Assembly (NCBI GenBank): GCA_034416335.1
Contig: DAOULV010000024.1
Span: forward strand, 30,652 to 94,651
DNA from: Dehalococcoidales bacterium
GTDB taxonomy: Bacteria; Chloroflexota; Dehalococcoidia; Dehalococcoidales; UBA2162
Direction: 5' to 3'
DNA length: 64,000 nt
Part shown: one piece after another, positions 38,985-48,410 of the stretch
Position numbering within the stretch: the first letter of the stretch is position 1
How the letters are laid out: the number at the start of each line of letters is the position of its first letter
Position numbers and translations under genes: made by a program
Notes under the pieces: model-generated
Told to the model about the DNA's origin: nothing
The model's database searches: none
Seen by the model: only the letters and a program-made list of their open reading frames with translations

Positions 38985-40535
38985 ATGAGTCGGAACAGCC
39001 CGAAAGATGCCAGGTACAGGTTATCGCGGGAAACTGGCACGGTAATAAAAGACTGGGGCGGCAGGCTGCCGGTTGCACTCGTCTACCCTAATTCCTACTA
39101 CATCGGAATGTCCAATCTCGGGATCCACACCATTTACAGCTTTCTGAACGGCTACGATAACATCGTCTGTGAGAGAGTGTTCCTTGAACAATCCGCCAAA
39201 GACAGCCCTGTTATCCCCCTCAGCCTGGAATCGGAGCGACCACTTCCGGATTTCGCCGTCATTGCCTTTTCAGTTACCTACGAACTCGATTACTTCAACA
39301 TTGTAAACATTCTCAAAGCGAGCGGGATTCCGCTGTTCGCCGCCGAAAGAGATGAAAGTCATCCTCTGGTGATAGCCGGAGGCCCCTGCATCACGGCGAA
39401 CCCGATGCCCCTGGCTCCTTTTTTCGACTGTCTGTGCATCGGTGAAGCTGAAGCAATACTGCCGGATATGCTGCCGGTCCTTGAGGAAGGAATCGGTGAA
39501 AAAAGAGACGACCTGCTGGAAAACCTGAATAACCTGCCGGGAGTCTACGTACCGCAGATAAACGCCGATAGACCGGTGAAGCGACAGTGGGTAAGTGACC
39601 TCGATAAGTTTCAGTCCCACAGCGCTGTCCTGACACCGGATACCGAACTCGGTAAACTCTACCTTATCGAAGCCGAGCGCGGCTGCGGTCACGGCTGCCG
39701 CTTCTGCATGGTCAGTACCATTTTCAGCCCTGTGCGGTACCGTTCGGTGAACAGTATCCTGAAACAGGCTGAGGAAGGCGTAAAACACCGGAAACGAATC
39801 GGGCTGGTAGGACCAGCCGTTTCCGAACACCCGCAATTCGAGGAAATTCTGTCGGGTCTTCAGCAGGCAGGCGCCGAAATTTCCGTCAGTTCGCTACGAA
39901 TAAAACCGCTGCCGGAATCAGCGCTCGGAGAACTGGTAAAAGGAAAAGCCAGAACCATCGCCCTCGCGCCTGAAACCGGTTCCCAGCGACTGCGGGACCT
40001 GATAAGGAAAGGTATAAACGAGGAAGATATTTTACAGGCGATGAAGAAAGTTGCAGTATACGGCATCAGGCAGCTTAAACTGTACTATATGATAGGCCTG
40101 CCCACCGAGACGGAGGAGGATATAGAAGAAATGGTCCGGCTGACTCTCAAGTGCAGGCAAACGCTGGACGGGATTTCACCCGGCTGCCGTATAACGCTAA
40201 GTATCGCACCATTCGTTCCCAAAGCCGGTACTCCATTCCAGCGCCGACCAATGGCGGAATTACAGGTACTTAACCGGAGAGTAGCCGAACTGAAGAAGCG
40301 TCTTTCCCCTTCCGGTATAAGTGTCAAGGCAGACAGCCCGGCATGGAGCCGGGTACAGGGCGTTCTCGCCCGTGGCGATAGCCGGCTGGCAGAAGTACTG
40401 GCTGATACGGAAATTCTTACCCTCTCAGGCTGGCATAAAGCGCTGGCTGACAGAGGTCTCGACGAAGAATATTACCTCAGGGCAATACCCGATGAAGAGA
40501 TACTACCCTGGTCGGTCATAAACACAGGGATATAA
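38985..40535 (+). CDS. Radical SAM protein (B12-binding/YgiQ-like class)
   Basis: YPNSYYIGMSNLG, IAGGP, ERGCGHGCRFC (CxxxCxxC), YYMIGLPTET. Confidence 0.88.
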   Translation: MSRNSPKDARYRLSRETGTVIKDWGGRLPVALVYPNSYYIGMSNLGIHTIYSFLNGYDNIVCERVFLEQSAKDSPVIPLSLESERPLPDFAVIAFSVTYELDYFNIVNILKASGIPLFAAERDESHPLVIAGGPCITANPMPLAPFFDCLCIGEAEAILPDMLPVLEEGIGEKRDDLLENLNNLPGVYVPQINADRPVKRQWVSDLDKFQSHSAVLTPDTELGKLYLIEAERGCGHGCRFCMVSTIFSPVRYRSVNSILKQAEEGVKHRKRIGLVGPAVSEHPQFEEILSGLQQAGAEISVSSLRIKPLPESALGELVKGKARTIALAPETGSQRLRDLIRKGINEEDILQAMKKVAVYGIRQLKLYYMIGLPTETEEDIEEMVRLTLKCRQTLDGISPGCRITLSIAPFVPKAGTPFQRRPMAELQVLNRRVAELKKRLSPSGISVKADSPAWSRVQGVLARGDSRLAEVLADTEILTLSGWHKALADRGLDEEYYLRAIPDEEILPWSVINTGI

Positions 40536-40570
40536 ACACTGAATCTGTATAAAACCTTCCTCAAATGCTA

Positions 40571-40599
40571 TTGACAAAAACGTAGTCTATTGATATATT
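40571..40599 (+). promoter_or_regulatory. Sigma70 promoter of the pan operon
   Basis: TTGACA-17 nt-TATATT. Confidence 0.8.
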
Positions 40600-40604
40600 G
40601 GCAT

Positions 40605-40700
40605 TGGGGAGCACTGACCATAGCGGCAGCGATTTCCCGGAGAAAAAGAACCTTTTAAAATTGAGTCGCTTGGATCGGACCTGACCGAGACGGCAAAAAT
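40605..40700 (+). ncRNA. pan RNA motif-like leader
   Basis: Two similar hairpins with a bulged A: CTGACCATAGCGGCAG (40614-40629) and CTGACCGAGACGGCA (40681-40695), in the 5' UTR of pantothenate genes. Confidence 0.7.
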
Positions 40701-40719
40701 AGCAACTTCAGACAGATTG

Positions 40720-40750
40720 CCTTCTTCGGCTTGTCCGGGAAGGTTTTTTT
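40720..40750 (+). terminator. Leader intrinsic terminator (attenuator)
   Basis: CCTTCTTCGG-CTTGT-CCGGGAAGG followed by T7, upstream of the first pan gene. Confidence 0.8.
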
Positions 40751-40775
40751 ATTGCCTTTATGAGGTGATGTGAAA

Positions 40776-41654
40776 ATGACGAGAGTGGGATTTATCGGAG
40801 CCGGAACGGTAGGCACAGCCCTGGCAATCGGACTCAATGCCCGCGGCTACAAGGTCACCGCAGTTTACAGCCGCACCCGGGAATCGGCTGAAAAACTTGC
40901 CTCGGCACTTCCCGACTGCAAGGTTGTGGAAAGCAGCCAGGCTTTAGCCGACAATTCCGATATGGTATTCATCACCACCCCCGACGGCGCCATCGGCAGC
41001 GTGGTATCCGAAATCGAGTGGCAGCCCGGCAAAAGCGTGGTGCACTGCAGTGGCGCCGACTCCACGGAGGTCCTCGAACCGGCAAAGCAGTCCGGCGCTC
41101 AGACAGGCGCGTTTCATCCCCTCCAGACCTTCGCCAGCGTGAAGGAAGCGATAGAAAACATCCCCGGTTCCACCTTCGCCGTCGAAGCGGAAGAACCTCT
41201 TCTGACCGAGCTGAAGAAAATGGCGGTCGCTCTTGAAGGCAGGTACATCCAGCTTGAAGCAAGCGACAAGGTAGTCTATCATGCAGCCGCCGTTATGGCC
41301 TGCAACTACCTGGTAACTCTCGTCAAACAGGCGACAGACCTCTGGGAAACGTTCGACATTCCCTCAAAGCAGGCCAGCCAGGCACTGCTTCCCCTTATAC
41401 AGGGGACTATCCACAACATCGAGACAGTCGGTATACCCGACTGTCTTACCGGACCTATCGCCCGAGGCGATACCGGCACCATTAGAAAGCACATCGAAGC
41501 CCTGGAAAAAGCAGCCCCGAATGTACTTCCAACCTATCTTGAGCTCGGCCGCCAGACCGTTCCCATTGCACTTGCCAAGGGAAGGATAACCGAAAAACAG
41601 GCCGAAGATATGATGGAAATCTTGAAGCAGCCCAACCTGTTAATAAGCTTATAG
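40776..41654 (+). CDS. panG: Rossmann-like + DUF2520 protein (PanG-type ketopantoate reductase)
   Basis: [45 protein letters not shown]. First gene of the pan operon, and no panE is seen in the window. Confidence 0.8.
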   Translation: MTRVGFIGAGTVGTALAIGLNARGYKVTAVYSRTRESAEKLASALPDCKVVESSQALADNSDMVFITTPDGAIGSVVSEIEWQPGKSVVHCSGADSTEVLEPAKQSGAQTGAFHPLQTFASVKEAIENIPGSTFAVEAEEPLLTELKKMAVALEGRYIQLEASDKVVYHAAAVMACNYLVTLVKQATDLWETFDIPSKQASQALLPLIQGTIHNIETVGIPDCLTGPIARGDTGTIRKHIEALEKAAPNVLPTYLELGRQTVPIALAKGRITEKQAEDMMEILKQPNLLISL

Positions 41655-41668
41655 AGGGAGAAATCTTG

Positions 41669-42040
41669 ATGAGAAACATGCTGAAGAGTAAGATCCACCG
41701 AGCCCGTGTTACCGGAGCAGATATCGATTACGAAGGGAGTATCGCCATAGACACCCGGCTGATGGAAGCAGCCGATATACTTCCTTACGAGCAGGTGCAT
41801 GTCCTTAATATCAATAACGGCGCTCGTTTCGAGACTTACGCCATCAAGGGAGAAAAGGGTGAAATCTGCATCAACGGGGCAGCCGCAAGGCTGGCGATTA
41901 AAGGCGACACGGTAATCATCCTTTCTTACAGGCAGATGGAAGAGGAAGAAGCCCGAACATATACTCCCAAACTCGTCCACGTTAATACCGACAACGAAAT
42001 AACAGGTATCAAAGGGTCGATAGAAGCCACTATCCAGTAG
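41669..42040 (+). CDS. panD: Aspartate 1-decarboxylase
   Basis: [12 protein letters not shown]|S cleavage site, [14 protein letters not shown]. Confidence 0.97.
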   Translation: MRNMLKSKIHRARVTGADIDYEGSIAIDTRLMEAADILPYEQVHVLNINNGARFETYAIKGEKGEICINGAAARLAIKGDTVIILSYRQMEEEEARTYTPKLVHVNTDNEITGIKGSIEATIQ

Positions 42041-42050
42041 GAGAATTTCG

Positions 42051-42884
42051 ATGCGCGTCTCCATAAACCAGATAAAAGAGATGAAACAGAATGGTGAGAA
42101 AATAAGTATGCTCACCGCTTATGATTATACGACGGCGAAAATAGTCGACGAAGCCGGTGTACCGCTCATACTTGTCGGCGACAGCCTGGGAATGGTTGTA
42201 CTGGGATTCGACACATCCATTCCGGTGACGATGGATATAATGCTGCACCATACCAAGGCGGTAGTAAGGGGTACCCAGAACGCTCTCATCGTCGGCGATA
42301 TGCCCTTTATGACTTACCACGTCAGCACCGAAGACTGTCTCCGCAACGCCGGCAGGTTTATACAGGAAGCCGGTGCCCAGGCAATCAAGCTCGAAGGCGG
42401 TGTCACCGTCGCGGAGAAAGTACGTCAGGTAGTAAATTGCGGCATTCCGGTTATGGGACACATCGGCCTGACACCCCAGTCCATCAACCAGCTCGGTGGA
42501 CACAAGGCACAGGGTAAATCGCTTGAGTCCGCAAAAAGTATTATCGAAGACGCCATCGCTCTTGAACAGGCAGGAGCTTTTTCGGTAGTCCTGGAAGCCG
42601 TACCTTATAAGCTGGCAGCCCTTATCACGAAAAAACTGACTATTCCTACTATCGGCATCGGCGCCGGTCCCGACTGCGACGGTCAGGTACAGGTTATCAA
42701 CGATACACTCGGTTCTTACACGGAATTCGTTCCGAAACACGCCAAGCAGTACGCTCAGGTTGCCGATATTATGAGAAAAGCAATAGCCGAATACGATGCC
42801 GACGTGAAAGCCGGGAAGTTCCCCACCACGGCAAACAGCTATATTATCGATAAAGAAGTAATCGCCGAACTCGAAAAAGAATAA
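42051..42884 (+). CDS. panB: 3-methyl-2-oxobutanoate hydroxymethyltransferase
   Basis: MLTAYDY, LVGDSLGM, DMPF, KLEGG, GHIGLTPQ, GIGAG..CDGQ. Confidence 0.97.
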   Translation: MRVSINQIKEMKQNGEKISMLTAYDYTTAKIVDEAGVPLILVGDSLGMVVLGFDTSIPVTMDIMLHHTKAVVRGTQNALIVGDMPFMTYHVSTEDCLRNAGRFIQEAGAQAIKLEGGVTVAEKVRQVVNCGIPVMGHIGLTPQSINQLGGHKAQGKSLESAKSIIEDAIALEQAGAFSVVLEAVPYKLAALITKKLTIPTIGIGAGPDCDGQVQVINDTLGSYTEFVPKHAKQYAQVADIMRKAIAEYDADVKAGKFPTTANSYIIDKEVIAELEKE

Positions 42885-42911
42885 AACTGCCGTTATTAAC
42901 CTCCGCATAAT

Positions 42912-43742
42912 ATGAAAGTAATCGACACGATTTCCGCAATGAAAGAGGTTCGGAATGACCTCACCGAACCATTGGGTTTCGTTCCCACCATGGGCTACCT
43001 CCACGAAGGCCACCTCTCCCTGGTAAAACAGGCGCGCGAAGAAAACAAAACGGTTGTTGTCAGCATCTTCGTCAATCCGACCCAGTTCGGTCCGAATGAA
43101 GACTTCGAAAGCTATCCCCGCGATACCGAACGCGACCTTAAAATGCTCGAGCCCTATACCGACATCGTCTTTATGCCGACTGCGGACGACCTGTACCCTG
43201 CCGGATATAACAGCTGGGTGGAGGTCGAAGGCATAACGGACAGACTTGAGGGTGCGTCCCGCCCCGGACATTTCAGAGGAGTAACCACTATAGTATCAAA
43301 GCTGTTTAACATCGTCCGTCCGACCAGGGCATATTTCGGTCAGAAAGACGCTCAGCAGGCGACCGTGATAAAAAAAATGGTCAAAGACCTCGATATGAAC
43401 CTCGACGTGGTGGTCTGCCCAACGGCAAGAGAACCGGACGGGCTGGCAATGAGCAGCCGGAACAGCTACCTGAAACCCGACGAACGCAAGGCGGCAACAG
43501 TCCTTTACCGGTCGCTTCAGCTGGCGCAGAAGATGTACTCGGAGGGTGAAAAAGACGCTGTTAAAATCCGGCGGGAGATGACGGCACTCATCGAAGCGCA
43601 GCCGCTGGCAAACATCGACTATATCAGCATAGCCGATAACGAGACGCTTGATGAAGTGGATGAAATTACCGGACCGGTGCTGGTATCGCTGGCGGTGAAA
43701 ATCGGCAAACCGAGACTGCTGGATAACATCGTGCTGGGGTAA
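42912..43742 (+). CDS. panC: Pantoate-beta-alanine ligase
   Basis: FVPTMGYLHEGH, SIFVNPTQF, RPGHFRGV, FGQKDAQQ, GLAMSSRN, RLLDN. Confidence 0.97.
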   Translation: MKVIDTISAMKEVRNDLTEPLGFVPTMGYLHEGHLSLVKQAREENKTVVVSIFVNPTQFGPNEDFESYPRDTERDLKMLEPYTDIVFMPTADDLYPAGYNSWVEVEGITDRLEGASRPGHFRGVTTIVSKLFNIVRPTRAYFGQKDAQQATVIKKMVKDLDMNLDVVVCPTAREPDGLAMSSRNSYLKPDERKAATVLYRSLQLAQKMYSEGEKDAVKIRREMTALIEAQPLANIDYISIADNETLDEVDEITGPVLVSLAVKIGKPRLLDNIVLG

Positions 43743-43768
43743 ATCCTTGTAGTAACGATAGGAGGTTT

Positions 43769-45133
43769 ATGATTTCTAGCGTGAAAAACGACAAATCTGA
43801 CATCCCTCCGGTACAGGTTGCTCTCGACCTGATCGACCTCCCCCGGGCAGTAAAGATTGCTCAAGAGGCTGTAAAAGGAATACTTGATGAAACCGGTGGC
43901 GATATCTCGAAGGCATGGGTGGAAGCCGGGACTCCTTTAATCAAGTCCGAAGGGATGAATGCTATCCGAGAACTTCGTGCTGCGTTCCCAGAGCATACCA
44001 TCTGCGCGGATATGAAAATAATGGATGCAGGTGCGACTGAAGTTGAGATCGCTGCTAAATCCGGTGCTAACGTGGTCTTTATTCTCGGCTGCGCACCAGA
44101 CTCATGCATCAGCGAGGCAGTCCTCGCTGGAAAGAAGTACGGGGTAAAAGTAGCCGCCGACCTCATATCAGTTAAAGACCCTGTCCAGCGTGCTGTAGAA
44201 CTCGAGGAAATGGGCATCGATATAATAAACATTCACGTCGGACTGGACCAGCAGGTACTCGGAGTAAAACCGATAGACCTTGTGAAAGAGATATCGAGGG
44301 CCATATCCGGAAAGGCACAGATTTCCGCTGCGGGAGGTATAAACAGCGAGACAGCGGTGCAGGCTTACGAAGCAGGCGCCGATATCATAATTGTGGGAGG
44401 CTCGCTATATAAGGCTAAAAGCCCGGAAGAATCCGCGCGAAAGATCGTACAGTCGTTGAAATCGGGCAAACCTATCGAGACAAAAGAGTTTCTCAAGTAT
44501 GACCAGGAACATCTGCTGGAAGCCTTCATGAAGGTAAGCACCTCCAATATAAGCGACGCCATGCACAGGACAGGAGAACTCAGAGGACTGAAGCCGGTAT
44601 GGACAGGAAAGCCGGGTGAACTCAAATTCGCCGGACCGGCGGTCACGGTCAGGACATATAACGGCGACTGGAGTGCACCCGTTCAGGCTATCGACCACGC
44701 CAGAGCCGGTGACGTACTGGTAATCGACGCCTGCCAGGGCGAAATAGCGGTATGGGGTGAACTGGCTACTAACAGTTGCCTCAGCAAGGGAATCGCAGGA
44801 GTAGTGATAGACGGAGCCGTCCGTGATATAGATGATATCAGGAAGATGAAATATCCCCTGTTCGCCCGTCATTTTACACCTACAGCAGGCGAGCCGAAGG
44901 GTTTCGGTGAAATAAACACTCCGATTGAAGTATGCGGAAGGAAAGTAGAACCCGGTGACTGGATAATCGGCGACGATAGTGGAGTTGTCGTGGTTCCCCG
45001 CAACTCGGCGATGGAGATGGCAAACCGCGCTATAGATGTACTGGAAAAAGAAAACAGGATTCGTGAAGAAATTCAACGAGGTTCGACACTCGGACAGACT
45101 CAGTATCTCTCTAAGTGGGATGTAAAGAAATAG
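43769..45133 (+). CDS. Hexulose-6-phosphate synthase (OMPDC fold) fused to RraA/MenG-like domain
   Basis: QVALD, EAGTPLIK, ADMKIMDAG, HVGLDQQ, AAGGIN. C-terminal STSNISDA, AVWGEL, VIDGAVRD, PGDWIIGDDSGVVV. Confidence 0.88.
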   Translation: MISSVKNDKSDIPPVQVALDLIDLPRAVKIAQEAVKGILDETGGDISKAWVEAGTPLIKSEGMNAIRELRAAFPEHTICADMKIMDAGATEVEIAAKSGANVVFILGCAPDSCISEAVLAGKKYGVKVAADLISVKDPVQRAVELEEMGIDIINIHVGLDQQVLGVKPIDLVKEISRAISGKAQISAAGGINSETAVQAYEAGADIIIVGGSLYKAKSPEESARKIVQSLKSGKPIETKEFLKYDQEHLLEAFMKVSTSNISDAMHRTGELRGLKPVWTGKPGELKFAGPAVTVRTYNGDWSAPVQAIDHARAGDVLVIDACQGEIAVWGELATNSCLSKGIAGVVIDGAVRDIDDIRKMKYPLFARHFTPTAGEPKGFGEINTPIEVCGRKVEPGDWIIGDDSGVVVVPRNSAMEMANRAIDVLEKENRIREEIQRGSTLGQTQYLSKWDVKK

Positions 45134-45152
45134 ATAATACAGGAATTATCTG

Positions 45153-45322
45153 GTGTCATGTCTCACAAGTTCGCTGAGTAAATCATGTGGGTTCTGCCGG
45201 GCTTGCTCATGGTTCGATAAACTCACCAGGAGCGGACATAATACCGCTCGTCCTGAGCGTGTCGAAGGATGAGCCTGTCGAAGGATGAGCAGATTATTCA
45301 AGGTAATTCCGAGATGCGATAC
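45153..45322. repeat. REP/MITE-like palindromic element between convergent hps and miaA
   Basis: GCTCATGGTTCGATAAACTCACCAGGAGCGG...CCGCTCGTCCTGAGCGTGTCGAAGGATGAGC, with a tandem duplication of TGTCGAAGGATGAGC and weak outer inverted repeats. Confidence 0.65.
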
Positions 45323-46239
45323 TAGCTTGAGATGAACTCCGCCACTAATTCCCTGGCTTCTTTCCTGAAATCACCACTGATATCCAGCCATTTTATCCGT
45401 TCGTCGGTTAAACTGAACCAGTTGTACTGCCGGCGGACGAGCCGGTGGGTCTCGGTCTTTATCTGGTGAACCGCCGATTCCAGGGAAATTTCACCGTTCA
45501 GGTACATAATAATCTGCTTGTACCCGATTCCCGACATCATCGGGATATTCGCACCGTACCCCATTTTCACCAGCTTCTTCACCTCATCTGCCAGGCCGCT
45601 TTCAATCATTGTGTCGACTCTCGCATCAATCCTGCGGTAAAGCTCCTGCCTGTCTGTGCTAAGTCCTATGATAAGTGTATCAAAGGGTGGCAGCTCTTTA
45701 CTTTTTAATCCTGAAAACGGCCTGCCGGCCTGCCCGGTTACCTCCAGCGCCCGGATAACCCGGCGTACATTTCGCGGGTCTATAGTCCTGGCCGCTTCAG
45801 GGTCTACTTTCTGCAGTTCACGGTACAGGTCATCGGCGCCGCCTTCGGCCGCCTTTTTTTCAAGCCTTTGCCTCAGTTCATGGTCTGGTTCGACCTTCGG
45901 TATTCCCCAGCCTTCGATAATCGCCCAGACATACTGCCCGCTTCCTCCTGCCAGTATCGGCAGTTTTCCCCGCCGGTGTACATCTTCTATTATCCCTGCA
46001 GCCATTTCCCGGTACTGTGCCAGGCTGAAATCATCGTCAGGATTGATTATGTCAATTAGATGATGGGGGACAAGAGAGAGTTTTTCCCTGCCAAGTTTCG
46101 CCGTCCCGATGTCCATATGGCGGTAAATCTGCCGGCTGTCGGCGCTTATTACCTCACCGTCGAACTCCCGGGCAAGGTATACCGCCAGGTCACTCTTACC
46201 CGTTGCAGTCGGTCCTACAATAGCTACTAGAGAATTCAT
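45322..46239 (-). CDS. miaA: tRNA dimethylallyltransferase
   Basis: GPTATGKS, ISADSRQIY..MDIGTAK, GGSGQY, RVIRALEV, GIGYKQ, RRQYNWF. Confidence 0.96.
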   Translation of the reverse strand: MNSLVAIVGPTATGKSDLAVYLAREFDGEVISADSRQIYRHMDIGTAKLGREKLSLVPHHLIDIINPDDDFSLAQYREMAAGIIEDVHRRGKLPILAGGSGQYVWAIIEGWGIPKVEPDHELRQRLEKKAAEGGADDLYRELQKVDPEAARTIDPRNVRRVIRALEVTGQAGRPFSGLKSKELPPFDTLIIGLSTDRQELYRRIDARVDTMIESGLADEVKKLVKMGYGANIPMMSGIGYKQIIMYLNGEISLESAVHQIKTETHRLVRRQYNWFSLTDERIKWLDISGDFRKEARELVAEFISS

Positions 46240-46255
46240 TAACTATAATTTCCTT

Positions 46256-46325
46256 TGTCATTCCCGCGAAGGCGGGAACCTACTATTACGATGAAAATGG
46301 ATTCCCGGTCAGGTCGGGAATGACA
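46256..46325. repeat. GTCATTCCCG-type miniature inverted-repeat element
   Basis: Perfect 11-bp terminal inverted repeats TGTCATTCCCG / CGGGAATGACA and internal palindrome TTCCCGCGAAGGCGGGAA. Confidence 0.75.
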
Positions 46326-46390
46326 GAATCAATTATTATCGGAAATAACGAACAACACAACAACGACCGGGTGATATCGGATAATACTAT

Positions 46391-47146
46391 TTAGGTTATC
46401 TCTGACGTTTGTTTAGCTATGTTGACAAACTCGTCCGGCTTCAACGAAGCTCCGCCAACAAGGGCACCGTCGATTTCCGCCTGGCTTAAAAACTCGGCTG
46501 TATTGGCGGCGGTCACGCTGCCGCCATAAAGGACACGGACGTCTTCTGCAGCTTTAGCGTGCCACAGATTCGAAACAGTACGCCGCACCAGTCCGATGGT
46601 GTCATTAGACCGCGTTCCTGTTGCCGCTTTACCGCTGCCGATAGCCCAGACCGGCTCATAGGCGATAACAAAACCACCCGGATAAGCTATACCTGCCAGC
46701 GATTCCTTAATCTGTGTTGTTACGACTTCCTCCGTTTTACCGGCTTCGTTTTCCTCAAGTTTTTCACCGACACAGAGAATCGGCTTCAGTCCGGCATTCA
46801 GTGCCACCCGGATTTTCCTGTTCACTACTTCGTTGGTATCTCCGAAATACTGTCTTCTCTCGGAGTGGCCGATAATCACGTACTCACAGATCCCGGCAAG
46901 CATCAGGGACGAAATCTCGCCGGTATAGGCGCCCTTTTCCATAAAATGCAGGTTCTGGGCTCCGAGCTTAACCGAACTGCCTTTCAACAATTCACTTACG
47001 GAAGTTAGAGAAATGAACGGAGGACAGACCAGTTTTTCGATATTACCGATTCCTTCGAGCCCCGGCAGCATATCCTTTACCAGCCCGACTGCTTCCTCAA
47101 CGGTGGTATTCATTTTCCAGTTACCGGCAACCAAAGGTACACGCAT
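46391..47146 (-). CDS. tpiA: Triosephosphate isomerase
   Basis: AGNWKMN, GAYTGEIS, IGHSERR, AYEPVWAIG, LYGGSV, LVGGASL. Confidence 0.98.
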   Translation of the reverse strand: MRVPLVAGNWKMNTTVEEAVGLVKDMLPGLEGIGNIEKLVCPPFISLTSVSELLKGSSVKLGAQNLHFMEKGAYTGEISSLMLAGICEYVIIGHSERRQYFGDTNEVVNRKIRVALNAGLKPILCVGEKLEENEAGKTEEVVTTQIKESLAGIAYPGGFVIAYEPVWAIGSGKAATGTRSNDTIGLVRRTVSNLWHAKAAEDVRVLYGGSVTAANTAEFLSQAEIDGALVGGASLKPDEFVNIAKQTSEIT

Positions 47147-47186
47147 TTATAACTCCATTCTTGAAGGCAACCATCCGGTATATCTC

Positions 47187-48392
47187 TTACGCGCCGTATT
47201 TCTTCAGTTTGAGAGCGTTGGCCAGTGCCAGGGGCATTATATCGACAGCGTGTATTCTGCCAAGTCCGCCCCGGGCGCATGAAGATTCCGAAAAATCCAC
47301 AGCACTGTCAGTACGGCAGTATTTCGAATTGAGAAGGACCGGGACCGGGTGCCAGCTGTGGCTTTTAAGTACTGCCGGAGAGGAGTGGTCGCCGGTTATC
47401 ACCACAACGTCGGGATTCAGGTCGGTCAATGTCGGAAGTGCCCTGTCGACTTCTTCTACGGCTCTTAATTTTCTCTCGAAATCTCCGTCTTCACCCGTCG
47501 TATCGGTTGGTTTGTAGTGCAGGAAAAAGAAATCATATTCGTTATAATGTTTCTTCAGTGTTGCCAGTACATCATCAATTTCAGCCCCGGTATCCAGTGT
47601 ATCCATTCCCACCAGCCGCGCCAGCCCTCGGTACATCGGATATCCGGCAACTGCCGCCGGGTTCAGCTTATATATATCCTTCATCGACGGAAATCCCGGT
47701 TCTCCCGAGAAACCACGCAGTAATACCATATTAGCTGGTACGTGTTCCGCCAGTGTTTCCCTTGCCGAAGCGATAAATCTGTTGGCAATGTCTGCCAGTC
47801 TTCCGGATTCTGCGTTTTCAGCGGTAACTTTAAGTGGAGATAATCCCGTCTGCTGGGGGTCGGAATCACTCACCTCCGGACTGAGTCTTTTCCCCCTGAA
47901 TACAGCCACGAACCTGTGTCCCCTGACCGGGCGAACGATAACCTCAACATCGTCTATGTTCTGTCCGTCCAGAATCTCGCATAACTCGGCGCATTTCTCG
48001 GTTGAGATTCTTCCTGCCCTGCGGTCGGTTACCAGGCCCGATTCATCCACCGTACAGAAATTACCCCGCGCCGCAACGTCTCCCGGTTCGACCGGGAAAT
48101 CAATGCCTGTAGCCTCAAGTACTCCCCGGCCAATCTCATATTTCACCGGGTCATAGCCGAAAAGGGCCAGATGTCCCGGAGCGCTGCCCGGAGTTATACC
48201 CGGCGATACCGGGTCGCTCAGACCGCAGATACCCCCTGCCGCCAGCCTGTCCATGTTGGGCGTATTCGCTGTTTCCAGTTCGGTCCTGCCCGTATCCGGT
48301 GACGGCAGACCTCCCAGTCCGTCGAGGACAAGGATCATTATCTTCGAAGGAGTCGACTTTGCCAGAGTTTTGATAATTTCCTGATTATCCAT
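47187..48392 (-). CDS. apgM: 2,3-BPG-independent phosphoglycerate mutase, archaeal-type
   Basis: VLDGLGG, GSAPGHLALFGYDP, GRGVLEA, DRRAGRI, HYKPTD, TGDHSSP, HSWHPVP. Confidence 0.92.
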   Translation of the reverse strand: MDNQEIIKTLAKSTPSKIMILVLDGLGGLPSPDTGRTELETANTPNMDRLAAGGICGLSDPVSPGITPGSAPGHLALFGYDPVKYEIGRGVLEATGIDFPVEPGDVAARGNFCTVDESGLVTDRRAGRISTEKCAELCEILDGQNIDDVEVIVRPVRGHRFVAVFRGKRLSPEVSDSDPQQTGLSPLKVTAENAESGRLADIANRFIASARETLAEHVPANMVLLRGFSGEPGFPSMKDIYKLNPAAVAGYPMYRGLARLVGMDTLDTGAEIDDVLATLKKHYNEYDFFFLHYKPTDTTGEDGDFERKLRAVEEVDRALPTLTDLNPDVVVITGDHSSPAVLKSHSWHPVPVLLNSKYCRTDSAVDFSESSCARGGLGRIHAVDIMPLALANALKLKKYGA

Positions 48393-48410
48393 ATATTTAT
48401 TGTTCAGTCC

